IMG/VR virus record: IMGVR_UViG_2645727640_000023
Source: a virus
Lineage: Duplodnaviria; Heunggongvirae; Uroviricota; Caudoviricetes
Direction: 5' to 3' (one strand)
Length of the DNA: 27,591 nucleotides
Under the pieces are notes generated by a model that saw only the letters and a program-made list of their open reading frames with translations, was not told where the DNA came from and did no database searches. Both the position numbers and the translations under genes were made by a program. Below, piece by piece: positions 10,543 through 20,310 of this stretch; position 1 is the stretch's first letter; each line of letters opens with the position of its first letter.

Positions 10543-11074
10543 GATCCTTTTCCTGATTCACATTGATATGTGCGGCAAATTCCGGGGTTTCGTCCGGGAA
10601 TTTCCAGGTCTGCCAGTGACGCTCGTAATCATCCAGCGAATCCATGTCCACCACGGACGGCAGCGGGGTAGTGCCACTGAACAGAACGCCGTAAAGCACC
10701 ACACCGGCATTAATACGGTTGTCGTCACAAAGATTTCTGACCTGCGTCAGTCTCATCCCGGTGGTCGGGCCAAACGTCTGACCGTTAACACCGGCAATCA
10801 GTCGCTCCACAATCTGATAAATACCGGGCCGGTTTACCGGTTCCCCGTTCAGCAACTCCGCCACGACAAAAAATGCCCAGCGACTTTCAACTTCCCGACG
10901 CGTACGCCCCTCACCACAGCCCATCCATGCCAGAAATACCGATGGAGGGGCCAGAAAGAGACGGTGCACATCCTCGTTAGTCCATGTGCCGGTAAGGGGT
11001 TCCACCTGCCGCAGGGTTGCCCCAAACAACTCACGAACGCGCGCCAGCAGTGCGGCTTCGGTTTCTTCCAGCAT
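10526..11074 (-). CDS. K: Tail completion / virion protein (Mu gp37-like)
   Basis: ORF track 182 aa; conserved position between the J-like and sheath genes. Confidence 0.75.
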   Translation of the reverse strand: MLEETEAALLARVRELFGATLRQVEPLTGTWTNEDVHRLFLAPPSVFLAWMGCGEGRTRREVESRWAFFVVAELLNGEPVNRPGIYQIVERLIAGVNGQTFGPTTGMRLTQVRNLCDDNRINAGVVLYGVLFSGTTPLPSVVDMDSLDDYERHWQTWKFPDETPEFAAHINVNQEKDHDAEN

Positions 11075-11499
11075 CAGATAAACCCCTTCTGTTTTCGTGA
11101 GAAGACCGGCGCGTCAGACTGCACCTGCACAAGGTTTTCACCATCCGGCGAGGCTGCCGTCCTGCTTTCCACGCCGGGATCTGTTTTGCCATCGCGCACC
11201 TGTTCCAGCCAGCGCACTGTGTCCCTGTAGGCAGCGGTGATCTGCTCGGTGGGTTGTGATTCATTCAGATAAAACCAGGCCACCACGCAACACTGCCGTT
11301 TCAGCAGTGAGGGGACGACGGTAAGCGGCAGAACAAAGCGCGCGGCGAGATAGCCATCAATAAAGGCCGAAGCATCTGCCAGTGCCTGTTCTGCCACGGC
11401 ATCATCCGGCTGCCCGTCCGCTGTTTTAGGGCGGGTGAGAATATCCAGCCGCGTACGTGTATAGCGGGCGCACAGGTCATTTACCGTCGCGTAATTCAT
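11074..11499 (-). CDS. J: Head-tail connector/adaptor-like protein (Mu gp36-like)
   Basis: ORF track 141 aa (MNYATVNDLCARYTRTRLDILTRPKTADGQ...); synteny after the major capsid gene. Confidence 0.75.
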   Translation of the reverse strand: MNYATVNDLCARYTRTRLDILTRPKTADGQPDDAVAEQALADASAFIDGYLAARFVLPLTVVPSLLKRQCCVVAWFYLNESQPTEQITAAYRDTVRWLEQVRDGKTDPGVESRTAASPDGENLVQVQSDAPVFSRKQKGFI

Positions 11500-11906
11500 G
11501 CATCCGCCTCAGCCAGCGCCGCTTTGATTTGCGCGCTGCTTACCGGTTCCCCCAGCGCCGCACTGAGGGCTTTCACTTTGGGTTCTCCTCCTGCGGTAAA
11601 GTGTTCCGGGTTTGCCTTATCCAGACCGGCAACGGTCGCACGGATACGGGCGTTCAGATCGCCCACACCCAGAACGTCCAGCCCCCCAGCCTCAGCGAGC
11701 GTTTCTGCTGACGATGCAGATACCACAGACAGCACGCTGTCGGCACGAATGATCGCCAGTTGTTCTTCGGTGACTTCCACGGTGTTTTCGCCACGTGTAA
11801 AGGCGATTCCGGCGCGGCGGTAGACCGGACGAAGGCATTTAATAATCGCCGTGCAAGTGATGCGAGAAGTGTCCAGCCATTGTGAATTAAGCGAAGTGCC
11901 TGACAT
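11496..11906 (-). CDS. Hypothetical head-associated protein (Mu gp35-like)
   Basis: ORF track 136 aa; AAGGAGGAG Shine-Dalgarno upstream of ATG 11906; first gene after the hairpin that follows the capsid gene. Confidence 0.7.
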   Translation of the reverse strand: MSGTSLNSQWLDTSRITCTAIIKCLRPVYRRAGIAFTRGENTVEVTEEQLAIIRADSVLSVVSASSAETLAEAGGLDVLGVGDLNARIRATVAGLDKANPEHFTAGGEPKVKALSAALGEPVSSAQIKAALAEADA

Positions 11907-11940
11907 AACACATGCTCCTCCTTTTCCTTTAAATCAGGTT

Positions 11941-11964
11941 AAAAGGCGGTCTGAACCGCCTTTT
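11941..11964 (-). terminator. Perfect 10-bp hairpin between the major capsid gene and the next gene (partial terminator or RNA stabiliser)
   Basis: AAAAGGCGGT-CTGA-ACCGCCTTTT; symmetric A/T flanks, so it is U-tailed in either orientation; begins 9 nt after the T stop codon. Confidence 0.45.
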
Positions 11965-11972
11965 AATGACGG

Positions 11973-12890
11973 TTACAGGTAGTCAGCGACAACCAGTTGC
12001 AGCTTGCCCTTCATCTCGTTGGAGACGGTGGTATTGCCATCCGCGAACAGTTCACGGTTAAGCAGTTGCTCTGCGGCTTTTTCCAGCCCGACCGGTACAA
12101 CGATATGCGTCGGCTTCAGGCCCAGCTTCTTACCGCCATCACCTTCAAAAGATCGCATCAGTTGCCAGCCCTTCCAGAGGTTATCCAGCGTCAGATCGCC
12201 TTTTACCGCGACAGCCATCTGCCAGAAGCCGTAACCGGCAGCACGGCGGGCGCTGGCACCAAACAGGAACTCGTTATCCATAAAAACGTGGTCGTCATCG
12301 ATACGGGTACGTGCGACCAGTTCCGGTTTGCGGCGCTCCTGGAAAATCAGCGGTTTGACTGCGCGGGAGCAGTCCAGCAGATAGAATGGCAGACCGCTGA
12401 AGCTGTCCTGCTCAACGATGTTGGAGGTATTAACCGCGCTGCCCGTGCCGTCCACATTCGGATATACCGGATGCTCCTTGTCGAAGAAGTTCTGACCGTC
12501 ATAGCAGGGCTGGGTAAAGCCATCTTTCAGAAGTTTAAAAATCAGCTCATCCGGCTGAACTGCCGCAGAACGGCCCATCTCCTGAAAAATCGGCGCATAA
12601 ATACCCAGATTGTCATCCTCGAAGTCATCACGGGAAATACCCACGGTGCCTTCAAACGTTTTATTGGCGATGGAGTAGCCATGCGCTTCCATTTGCTGAA
12701 TGGTTCGCTTACCCACCCATTCTTTCAGGGTCGGGAATTTACCCAGCCAGCCATAGGTATTACTGCGGGTGGAAGAGTTCACCACCATTGCAATTTTGCT
12801 GTACTGCGACGGGGCGTCTTCAAGACCGCCCTGAAAATCCTTACGCCAGGAGGTCATCAGGGCTTTAATGGATGCCGGGGTGACAATCAT
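11973..12890 (-). CDS. T: Major capsid (head) protein
   Basis: ORF track 305 aa (MIVTPASIKALMTSWRKDFQGGLEDAPSQYSKIAMVVNSS...); directly downstream of protease/scaffold gene I. Confidence 0.9.
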   Translation of the reverse strand: MIVTPASIKALMTSWRKDFQGGLEDAPSQYSKIAMVVNSSTRSNTYGWLGKFPTLKEWVGKRTIQQMEAHGYSIANKTFEGTVGISRDDFEDDNLGIYAPIFQEMGRSAAVQPDELIFKLLKDGFTQPCYDGQNFFDKEHPVYPNVDGTGSAVNTSNIVEQDSFSGLPFYLLDCSRAVKPLIFQERRKPELVARTRIDDDHVFMDNEFLFGASARRAAGYGFWQMAVAVKGDLTLDNLWKGWQLMRSFEGDGGKKLGLKPTHIVVPVGLEKAAEQLLNRELFADGNTTVSNEMKGKLQLVVADYL

Positions 12891-13972
12891 TTTTCTTGTT
12901 CCTGTTTCATTTTCAGATACTCAGCCTCTGTAATGCCGAGCGCCTTCACTGCTGCCTGTTCATCAGCAGACAGCACCGCCACAGCCGTTTTTTCCTGCGA
13001 CGGGATTTTCGCTGTGGTGGTCTGCATGGCAGATAACGCAGCGATGGGCTGTTTTTTCTCAAGCTGTGCCGACAGTGCCGCCACGCCAATCTGACCGCCA
13101 AGCTGTTCCAGATAGGCACGTTCGCTTTTGAAAATGCGGCCTTCCTGTTCCGCCTTGTCCAGAACGGCGCTCAGGCTGGCTGTGGCGCTTTGTGCAGTCG
13201 CCTGTGCCAGTTCATCACGCAGGGCGTTGTAGCTTTCCACCGGGACGTATTTCGTCAGGTCAACGGCGGCTTTCTGTGCCTTTTCCAGTTCGGCGGATAA
13301 CGACGCCACTTTTCCGGCATCTGTTTCGAGCGCATCAAGCGCACTCAGGGCCGCGCTGGCCTGTTCATCGGTGATGTCTGCATTTTCGGGGACCGTCACC
13401 CCAAGACGCGCAAGCAGCTTGCGCAGCGTTTCATTCATGGGTTTGTTCTCCTGTTGAAGGATGTCGGGAAGGTCTGCCGCCAGTGCGGTCAGCTTTTTCA
13501 TGCCGGTGGCACCGGGGTCATTGGTCAGCGCAGCAAGGCGGATTTGCAGCACCGCACCGGTGGCGGTGTCATACGGAAAAACCGCAGAGAGATAACCAAA
13601 TTCACCGTCATCGATGCGCTGCTGTGCCGCCGCCGTCCAGCGTGGGTGGATAAATAATCCTTCACCTTCACGCCACTGCATTTCATCGGCGTTAAACCAG
13701 CCAGCCGCGACGAGTTGTTCCGGGGGTAATCCTTTGTCCTTACGTAGCTGGTTATGCTCGTAATCAATCAGCACGTCCTGGTTGAGCGCGCGAACGCCTT
13801 CAACCAGACGCCCGGCAATCTCACCGTCGATGAACCACCCCTGACCACCTGTCACATCAAACGGACGACCATCACGGGCACTGAAATGACCGGCAGGCAA
13901 TAGCTGGCACCAGCCGTCATCGTCAATGGACAGCGCACTCAATGCGGCAATGCCAATCGCGTGTTTTTTCAT
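12887..13972 (-). CDS. I: Prohead protease / scaffold protein (Mu I; the C-terminal part corresponds to scaffold Z)
   Basis: ORF track 361 aa with Ala/Glu/Leu-rich coiled-coil-like C-terminal half typical of scaffolds; preceded by a 196-nt intergenic region. Confidence 0.85.
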   Translation of the reverse strand: MKKHAIGIAALSALSIDDDGWCQLLPAGHFSARDGRPFDVTGGQGWFIDGEIAGRLVEGVRALNQDVLIDYEHNQLRKDKGLPPEQLVAAGWFNADEMQWREGEGLFIHPRWTAAAQQRIDDGEFGYLSAVFPYDTATGAVLQIRLAALTNDPGATGMKKLTALAADLPDILQQENKPMNETLRKLLARLGVTVPENADITDEQASAALSALDALETDAGKVASLSAELEKAQKAAVDLTKYVPVESYNALRDELAQATAQSATASLSAVLDKAEQEGRIFKSERAYLEQLGGQIGVAALSAQLEKKQPIAALSAMQTTTAKIPSQEKTAVAVLSADEQAAVKALGITEAEYLKMKQEQEK

Positions 13973-14168
13973 GTCCTGCTGCTCATCATGGTTTGTGAGC
14001 AGTCAGTTTGCGGGAGGTGCGGGAAAATCTGGGGTTATGCTATTTGAGTAATGGAGAAAGAAAGTGGAAGGAAGATAAAACGGGATTCATACACCGTTAA
14101 ATACCGGTTTAAAAATCCCGTGGCGCGTTTTAAAAAATCTGTGCGGCTGATTTTATGCCTGATTCTGT
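13973..14168 (-). promoter_or_regulatory. G-I intergenic region: candidate late promoter P_I, and the position where Mu carries its central strong gyrase site
   Basis: 196-nt noncoding gap in a tightly packed genome; minus strand GCATAACCCCAGATTTTCCCGCACCTCCCG (plus 14011-14040) matches the P_lys motif; purine-rich and AT-rich tracts at 14041-14160. Confidence 0.5.
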
Positions 14169-14639
14169 TTATTGCCTCAGAGCGACGCTGACGCGTTTTC
14201 TGATGGCATCAAAAATTTCCTGTTCCCCGGTCTTATCCAGCCCCATATAAGGACGCGCAGGAACGCCTGCCGGGCGGGGTGCCATATCGGGTGTACCGCC
14301 CCACTGATGAATGGCAGCATAAATTTTTGGCGAACCAATCAGGGCATAATCCTGTCCATAATCGGTGGTAATGCTGCGTGCCAGATCGCCATGCAGGGTA
14401 AGGATACTGCCCGGAACAAAACCATGATCCTGACGCCATGCCAGCCACGAATCGCTCCACGCTTCCCAGCCTTTCCCTGTATCCGGGTCTGCCTGCCGTT
14501 CAAATGCCTGTTCCGTGGATGACAGCAGCGCCGCAGCCATCACACGGGGAATGGCGCGGTCACGTGTAACGGTTCCCAGTTCATCCAGTGCAAGCTGAAT
14601 ACGTCGCACATCCACGGCAACGTTCATATCAAGACTCAC
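14169..14639 (-). CDS. G: Virion morphogenesis protein G-like
   Basis: ORF track 156 aa; follows F with an adjacent stop/start. Confidence 0.8.
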   Translation of the reverse strand: MSLDMNVAVDVRRIQLALDELGTVTRDRAIPRVMAAALLSSTEQAFERQADPDTGKGWEAWSDSWLAWRQDHGFVPGSILTLHGDLARSITTDYGQDYALIGSPKIYAAIHQWGGTPDMAPRPAGVPARPYMGLDKTGEQEIFDAIRKRVSVALRQ

Positions 14640-15955
14640 TTATTCACCTCCACATGCCCCTCCAGTACGTCAATCATCCCGTCAGCAATCGCGGCTTCAA
14701 GCGACTGTGCAGATACGCGGCTGATACTGACCAGCACATCCGCACGGTCATTCTGCCTGCCGACTGTCTGTGATGTTCTGACCACAATCCGGGCCATGCC
14801 GTCACGGGTTGCCACAACATACAGCAACTGGTGGTTCTCCCTGTCCCACAATACCGCCTGTGGTTTTGCCATCAGCGACGGCAGACGCTGTAAATCTTCC
14901 GGTTTCAGGGCGGCATCAGCAGTGGTCGCCAGACTTTTCCCGTTCATCACAAGCAGACGGGCTGGCATATTCCCGGTGCGCTGATGTACGGCTTCAGCTA
15001 CCGATTCCGTCATAAAACCCAGTGCCCGGATTTCATGACCGGTCTGACGTAATCCTGCCAGGCGTTTAAGCCAGAGGGAAAAAGCAAGCTGACGCTCCCG
15101 GCTGTTATTCAGCGTCTGAACAACCTGCTCACGCAACTGCGCGTCGCGAATTTCCACCAGTTTTCGAATCAGTGCCTGATCCGTACCAAATGCCGCCGAA
15201 CCGGGGTTATATGACCAGCCCACATCCGGCGTCATTTTTACCCGACCGTTGTCAAACGTGGTTGACGATGTGCGGAAAATCTCGCCGGTGCTTTCATCCG
15301 TACCGGCATCCACTTCGCGGGTATTCATGAATGACGCACCATAACTGACCTGTAACCCCAGTTCTTTCATGCGGGCCGCAGACAGCGCCCGGACGCGACA
15401 GCGGCAGTTCCAGCCATTGGGCGGGTAATGCGTCTGCCAGAAAATGTCGTCATACCGGAAAACCATATTGTGCAGCCGCGCATGTTCCGGGCGTGTTCTG
15501 CCATCCATAACGGCAATGTACTGCCAGTACGGGTACAAATCGGCGGTATTCATCATCTGCGCATAACGTCCTGCCCCATACGCCGTACGGGTATTGACGT
15601 TATAAATGGTTGCCAGACGACGCGGACTGCCCAGCTCGATTACCTTTGCGTTTCCGTCTGCATCCACGATGATTTGTTTTCCCCACCATCCGAGTTTTTG
15701 CAGCCGGGGGGCCAGTGTGCGGGTAAATTCCTCACGGGTGATGCCTTCACTGACAGCCCGCTCCACTTCCTCACGGATTGTGGTCAGTACATCCATCCGG
15801 GTGGCTTTGGCAACGGTAAAGGCGCGTGCGTGCGCGTCTGCCAGTTGTTCGTACCAGTTCCAGGTGATGTTGTAGCCTTTGGCGCGGAAATACGCGACAG
15901 CCTCCTTTGGCGGGAGGCGTGCGGCATACGCCAGATCAATGGTCTGCTGCGGCAT
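14636..15955 (-). CDS. F: Head morphogenesis protein F-like (minor capsid)
   Basis: ORF track 451 aa called from GTG 15991; I prefer the in-frame ATG at 15955, which has a GGGGG run 9 nt upstream. Either start overlaps the portal 3' end. Confidence 0.8.
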   Translation of the reverse strand: MPQQTIDLAYAARLPPKEAVAYFRAKGYNITWNWYEQLADAHARAFTVAKATRMDVLTTIREEVERAVSEGITREEFTRTLAPRLQKLGWWGKQIIVDADGNAKVIELGSPRRLATIYNVNTRTAYGAGRYAQMMNTADLYPYWQYIAVMDGRTRPEHARLHNMVFRYDDIFWQTHYPPNGWNCRCRVRALSAARMKELGLQVSYGASFMNTREVDAGTDESTGEIFRTSSTTFDNGRVKMTPDVGWSYNPGSAAFGTDQALIRKLVEIRDAQLREQVVQTLNNSRERQLAFSLWLKRLAGLRQTGHEIRALGFMTESVAEAVHQRTGNMPARLLVMNGKSLATTADAALKPEDLQRLPSLMAKPQAVLWDRENHQLLYVVATRDGMARIVVRTSQTVGRQNDRADVLVSISRVSAQSLEAAIADGMIDVLEGHVEVNK

Positions 15956-17474
15956 CCAGACGCCCCCATATATCGGCAACAAAAATGGCACGGGTCAGCA
16001 TGTCGATAAGTTCTGCATCATCCATCTGCGGATATAATGAAGCAGCTTTGTTCATGGCGGCTTCCGGGCCATCTTTCAGCACAGAAAAAATGACGGGTTT
16101 CAGCAGGGGATCAACCGAACGCTGCCAGTCTTCCGGTGAGACGCCCATCCGGTCGATATCATCCTCCTGCGGGATATCTTCAGCGGATAATGCGGCCTCT
16201 TTCTGCGGACCGTTATCCATGACGACCGGTTGAGCAGTAAACACGGCTTCATCACCGACCGGCTGTGGAATATGAAGTTTTTCCTGTATCCAGGAGACCG
16301 GAATACGCATTCCCGCCGCCAGTTTCGGAATGGCGTCAGACAGTGCCGTAATATCACCCGCTTCACTGGTATCAAATACAATGCCCGGCAGGCGGTTAAT
16401 ATCAATGGTGCTGTCACTGTTCAGTGCCAGCAGGGGATAAATCAGGTCACGGTTAATACTGCGGGCAAGCTGGCCCACATCCGCGTTACGGATTTCCCGG
16501 CGAACCTCATCATGCACTTCACCCAGCGACCGTGCACCTTTATCGCCAGCCTCTGTGGTCAGGGTGCCGCCCAGAATGGCTTTTGAAATCGCTTTTTCTG
16601 CCCAGCCAATCATCGCCATAAAGGGATCAGACTGACCATCTGCGGCGCTCTGAAAATCCAGCGTCATCCCCATCGGAATAATGCCACCGGCACGTCGCCC
16701 GATATCCATCACGGCCTGCATCAGCGTGGCTTTTTCGCGGTTTGTGGAGCCGGTCGGATATTTACCGACGCGCATGGGGAGTCCGTAAATTTCCAGGAAC
16801 TCCGCAAAATCACGCACGGAATAGTTTTTAAAAATAAAAGGCCAGATAAGCGTGCGCACAAGGCCATTGGTGCCAACGTACCCGGTGCGGGATTTGGCCC
16901 GGTGCATAAACCAGCCGAATGGTTGCAGCTCCAGCCCGTGATAAGACGTATCACGCAAACGTAATTCGTTCAGATTATCGGGGTTCGCGCAGAACAGCGC
17001 CGGATCGCGATGATGCAGCGCCACCGGCACGCGCATTTTTCCCAGCCAGCCCCATTCAATCTCCTGCATGGAATAACCCTTGAGAATGGCATCACCGGCA
17101 TCAAACAGGGCATCTTCAAACCACGCCGCATCATGCAGATATTCATTCAGCATGTCAGCGTCTTTTTTCTCCTGTGCGCTGGCATCACGTGCCGGAGCGA
17201 TGCGCCATTCCAGCGCCTGAATGGCAAGGCGGCGTTTGCTCAGTTCGGAAAAAAGGTGGGTGTCCTTTTCTTCCATATCAAAGGCCAGGTCAGCCTGTGC
17301 TGTCAGATCACCGCGTTCGGCATCACGCAGCATCTGCGCGGCCCGGTTTGGCGTCACACCACTGGAAGGATGCTCCTGCGTGCGCTTCATGACCATTGCC
17401 AGCTCATCGCTGCGGGTCTGCATTTCATCGTCAAAATCAAACGGCTGCCCGGAAATATCCAGAATACGGCCCAT
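15936..17474 (-). CDS. H: Portal protein (Mu gp29-like)
   Basis: ORF track 512 aa; directly downstream of the large terminase with an ATGA junction at 17474. Confidence 0.9.
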   Translation of the reverse strand: MGRILDISGQPFDFDDEMQTRSDELAMVMKRTQEHPSSGVTPNRAAQMLRDAERGDLTAQADLAFDMEEKDTHLFSELSKRRLAIQALEWRIAPARDASAQEKKDADMLNEYLHDAAWFEDALFDAGDAILKGYSMQEIEWGWLGKMRVPVALHHRDPALFCANPDNLNELRLRDTSYHGLELQPFGWFMHRAKSRTGYVGTNGLVRTLIWPFIFKNYSVRDFAEFLEIYGLPMRVGKYPTGSTNREKATLMQAVMDIGRRAGGIIPMGMTLDFQSAADGQSDPFMAMIGWAEKAISKAILGGTLTTEAGDKGARSLGEVHDEVRREIRNADVGQLARSINRDLIYPLLALNSDSTIDINRLPGIVFDTSEAGDITALSDAIPKLAAGMRIPVSWIQEKLHIPQPVGDEAVFTAQPVVMDNGPQKEAALSAEDIPQEDDIDRMGVSPEDWQRSVDPLLKPVIFSVLKDGPEAAMNKAASLYPQMDDAELIDMLTRAIFVADIWGRLDAAADH

Positions 17475-19129
17475 TACCAGCCCCCTCGTTCAAACTGGTG
17501 ATAATCATCAAAATCATCGTTATCAACATCATCACCACGGTGGCGTGGTGGCAGCGCCTGTATGCTGTCCTCGTCGATAACAAAACCATTCATATAAGAC
17601 GCCCTGACAGCCATACAGAGCGCCACGGCAAAGTCGCCATGTCGTCGGCCTTTACCGCCTTCATCTTTTGTGCGCCCCTTATCAATCTGCGGAATACCTT
17701 TGTCCACCTTGATGTGGAGCAGGTCATCAAGTGTGGTCTGGTGCCGGGCAATCGTGATGTTCTGCGCTTCAAACTCGCCTTTCAGTTTTGGCATCCACTC
17801 CTGATACCAGGATGCGGTCAGATTCACACAGTCGATCATCTCCGGGCCATAAATCAGACGGGCGGCTTCTGCCAGATAACCGCCGTTACCGGTGGCATCA
17901 AATGCAGCGCCGGTAAAACGGGGCAAACGGGACAGAATGAATAAAAGGATTTGTCGCTGCTGGTCATAGGTCACATTACGCAGCTCCACGCGGAAACATT
18001 CGCGTTTGCGTAAGTCAGGAGTGATGGCAAGCGGCACAAACACCGACAGGTCGCCACGGCGTGCAAAGTCTTCGCCCAGTACGTGTTTATTGAGCGGCGA
18101 CAGCGCATCGAGCAACGGGAGCAGCTCCTGTTCACACCAGTCCTGAACGATGCCGTGGCGCATTTGTGGTGTCAGCGATTCAAAATCGTCCGGGGCTTCA
18201 AAACGCAGAATCGGGATATCCCGCGCTGGCGTCATGGCGGCTTCAATCAGCACGCGTGACAGATAAGCGCCCCCGGATTTTTTAGGAATGCAGCCGTATT
18301 CCTCGTCGGCACTCTCTTTATTCGGCGCATTCCGGTACAGGCCATCACGCCAGGCTTTTTCCGCTTCCGGCGACCACGGCTGATTCGTGACGTAACAGAT
18401 ACGTCGGTACAACCCGTCAGCGATGGCATCATCCAGCGTGATGCGGTGAACGCTGTAATCCTTGCGCCCCTCGCGCGCATCCTGAATGTACTGGTTAAAC
18501 AGGTTATCGACGCCGTTATGTGTCGATATGATCCGCACGTTGGCACCCCACATGGTGAGAGCAAAAGCCGCTTTCAGGAGTTCGTCCAGGGCTTCATGAA
18601 ATGCCGCCTCATCAATCACCACGTCCCCCTGCAAACCACGCAGGTTAGACGGACGGCTTGACAGCGCCTGCACCTTAAATCCGCTGTTAGGGAAACGGAT
18701 CATATAAGTGAGGATTTCTTCTTTTTTGTCGCTGTCCCAGAAGGTCTGCTCCCAGACATCAGCCTTTGCCAGCTGGTTAAAGGCGCGGGCAAACAGGGCA
18801 CAGGCGGCGATATATTCCAGCGCCATTTCCTGACGGGAACCCACATAAAAGACGTTGCGACCGCCACGGCGGCGCGGCTTTGCTGCCGTCATGACATTGC
18901 GGCCCGCTTCGGCCCATGTCAGACCGGTACGACGGGATTTTTCAGCGATGCAAATCTGGCTTTCATCCTCAAACCAGCGGCGCTGATAACCCAGGAAAAC
19001 CGGTTCATTGCGGGGCTGTGCTTCACCGATATCGGTCACGATATTCACGCCGAGCAGTTCGGCTTCCTCACGCAGGTTGATTTTGCGGGGCGCATGAAGG
19101 GCTTTAAGGTTGTTTTCTCTGGTGTTCAT
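17474..19129 (-). CDS. Terminase large subunit (Mu gp28-like)
   Basis: ORF track 615 aa is over-extended. Internal ATG at 19129 (MNTRENNLKALHAPRK...) has GAGAGGG upstream and begins 8 nt after the upstream gene's stop, giving 551 aa. Confidence 0.85.
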   Translation of the reverse strand: MNTRENNLKALHAPRKINLREEAELLGVNIVTDIGEAQPRNEPVFLGYQRRWFEDESQICIAEKSRRTGLTWAEAGRNVMTAAKPRRRGGRNVFYVGSRQEMALEYIAACALFARAFNQLAKADVWEQTFWDSDKKEEILTYMIRFPNSGFKVQALSSRPSNLRGLQGDVVIDEAAFHEALDELLKAAFALTMWGANVRIISTHNGVDNLFNQYIQDAREGRKDYSVHRITLDDAIADGLYRRICYVTNQPWSPEAEKAWRDGLYRNAPNKESADEEYGCIPKKSGGAYLSRVLIEAAMTPARDIPILRFEAPDDFESLTPQMRHGIVQDWCEQELLPLLDALSPLNKHVLGEDFARRGDLSVFVPLAITPDLRKRECFRVELRNVTYDQQRQILLFILSRLPRFTGAAFDATGNGGYLAEAARLIYGPEMIDCVNLTASWYQEWMPKLKGEFEAQNITIARHQTTLDDLLHIKVDKGIPQIDKGRTKDEGGKGRRHGDFAVALCMAVRASYMNGFVIDEDSIQALPPRHRGDDVDNDDFDDYHQFERGGW

Positions 19130-19136
19130 AACCCTC

Positions 19137-19727
19137 TCATGCCTTACCCAGCAGCACATCACGGATACGCTGCTCCAGCTCTTCGCTGATGCCATCCTGC
19201 CCGCGCAGTTCTTCACTGACGGCGTTTGCCGCTTCTTCTGCGAATGCCTGGCGGATTTCTTTCTCGCGCCGGTGGCTGGACATTGCCGTGGATTCCAGAC
19301 GCTGTGCCGCCAGCATGGCATTTTTCAGCAGGTCAATATCCACGTCAGATTCCGGGTTTTCGATTTGCCGCATCATGGCCTTAAAAAGCTGGCTGCGGGC
19401 CATTTCCAGAATCAGCTTTGTGGTTTCTCCCATTGGCTTGTCGCCAAGTTCTGCGGTCAGTGCTGACGTCATTTCACGCATCTGTCGCAGGTTATGGCCT
19501 ACCTGCTCGACGTTCGTCGCGTAACGGTTCAGACCGGAACGGGAGAGTTTCATCTCATCCGGCAGGCCAGCGTCTTCAATCAGTGCGTTAATTTCTTCCA
19601 GAATGCGGGCCTGTGGGATCGCTTTATCACGCAGCATTTCATGCAGCGTTTTACGTACGTTTTCCGGCAATAAATCCACTTTTGAAGCCCGGCCCCGTGT
19701 TTTCCTGTCCATCACGCCTCCTGTCAT
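19137..19727 (-). CDS. Terminase small subunit-like DNA-binding protein (Mu gp27-like)
   Basis: ORF track 196 aa; immediately upstream of the large terminase gene. Confidence 0.7.
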   Translation of the reverse strand: MTGGVMDRKTRGRASKVDLLPENVRKTLHEMLRDKAIPQARILEEINALIEDAGLPDEMKLSRSGLNRYATNVEQVGHNLRQMREMTSALTAELGDKPMGETTKLILEMARSQLFKAMMRQIENPESDVDIDLLKNAMLAAQRLESTAMSSHRREKEIRQAFAEEAANAVSEELRGQDGISEELEQRIRDVLLGKA

Positions 19728-20014
19728 GCACGGGGACGAGGACGCTTGACACCGGCAACGCGGGCACGACCTTCTGCCACATCCTGACCTCGGGAGGTCA
19801 GCGTTACGACATAAAAGCCGCGCAGGTTTTCCACGGTGACCAGTTGCTGCTCTGCCAGCCAGTCAATCTGGCCGCGAACCACATCGCGGGAAACGTTGTG
19901 TCCGTATGCATCCAGACAGTCCTGAAGAATGGATTCGTTTGCTTCGTTATTGCAGTCCATCAGGGAACGCAGGATGACCAGACGACGGTCTTCGGTCAGA
20001 ATATCGTTAATCAT
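19724..20014 (-). CDS. Hypothetical protein (Mu gp26-like)
   Basis: ORF track 96 aa; ATGA junction with the upstream gene at 20011-20014. Confidence 0.65.
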   Translation of the reverse strand: MINDILTEDRRLVILRSLMDCNNEANESILQDCLDAYGHNVSRDVVRGQIDWLAEQQLVTVENLRGFYVVTLTSRGQDVAEGRARVAGVKRPRPRA

Positions 20015-20310
20015 GAATTACTCCGGTTTACTGCGTTTTCAAGCAGCAGCTCCAGTTGATGGGAAAATGACTGCACCCGCTGGGACAGCACCCGGATATC
20101 GCCGGACAGCTCTGCAATTCGCAGGCGCATTTCGTGTACATCTTCTGTGCCAGGGATGCTGGCGTAGCGGGTTTCCATTTCGGTCATCCGGTTTTCAAGA
20201 CGCTCCACACGCTCAGTGCTGGCAAAACTACGACGCATTGCCCAGACGGCCCCACCGGCCACAACAGGCAACAGGTAAGGCCATAACGCTAAAACTGAAA
20301 TCAAATCCAT
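20011..20310 (-). CDS. Small membrane protein in the lysis region (Mu gp25-like)
   Basis: ORF track 105 aa is called from GTG 20328; in-frame ATG at 20310 (MDLISVLALWPYLLPVVAGGAVWAM...) abuts the upstream TAA (TAATG), giving 99 aa with one N-terminal transmembrane segment and a coiled-coil tail. Confidence 0.7.
   Translation of the reverse strand: MDLISVLALWPYLLPVVAGGAVWAMRRSFASTERVERLENRMTEMETRYASIPGTEDVHEMRLRIAELSGDIRVLSQRVQSFSHQLELLLENAVNRSNS

Noticed and set aside
11997-13094. 365-aa plus-strand ORF antisense to the major capsid and scaffold genes, and similar long plus-strand ORFs (10385-11230, 19929-20804, 8504-9142, 6045-6605, 15428-16009, 17396-17944, 2623-3243)
   Set aside because: Each lies entirely antisense to a well-supported minus-strand structural gene and has low-complexity, Arg/Pro/Cys-rich translations typical of shadow frames. 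No ribosome-binding sites or intergenic space support them.
15201-15213. Additional copy of the late-promoter core motif (minus strand CATATAACCCCGG) inside the F gene
   Set aside because: It sits mid-gene with no intergenic space or downstream gene start and has a 2-nt insertion relative to the other copies. It is treated as a chance match, which also lowers confidence in the motif call inside N.
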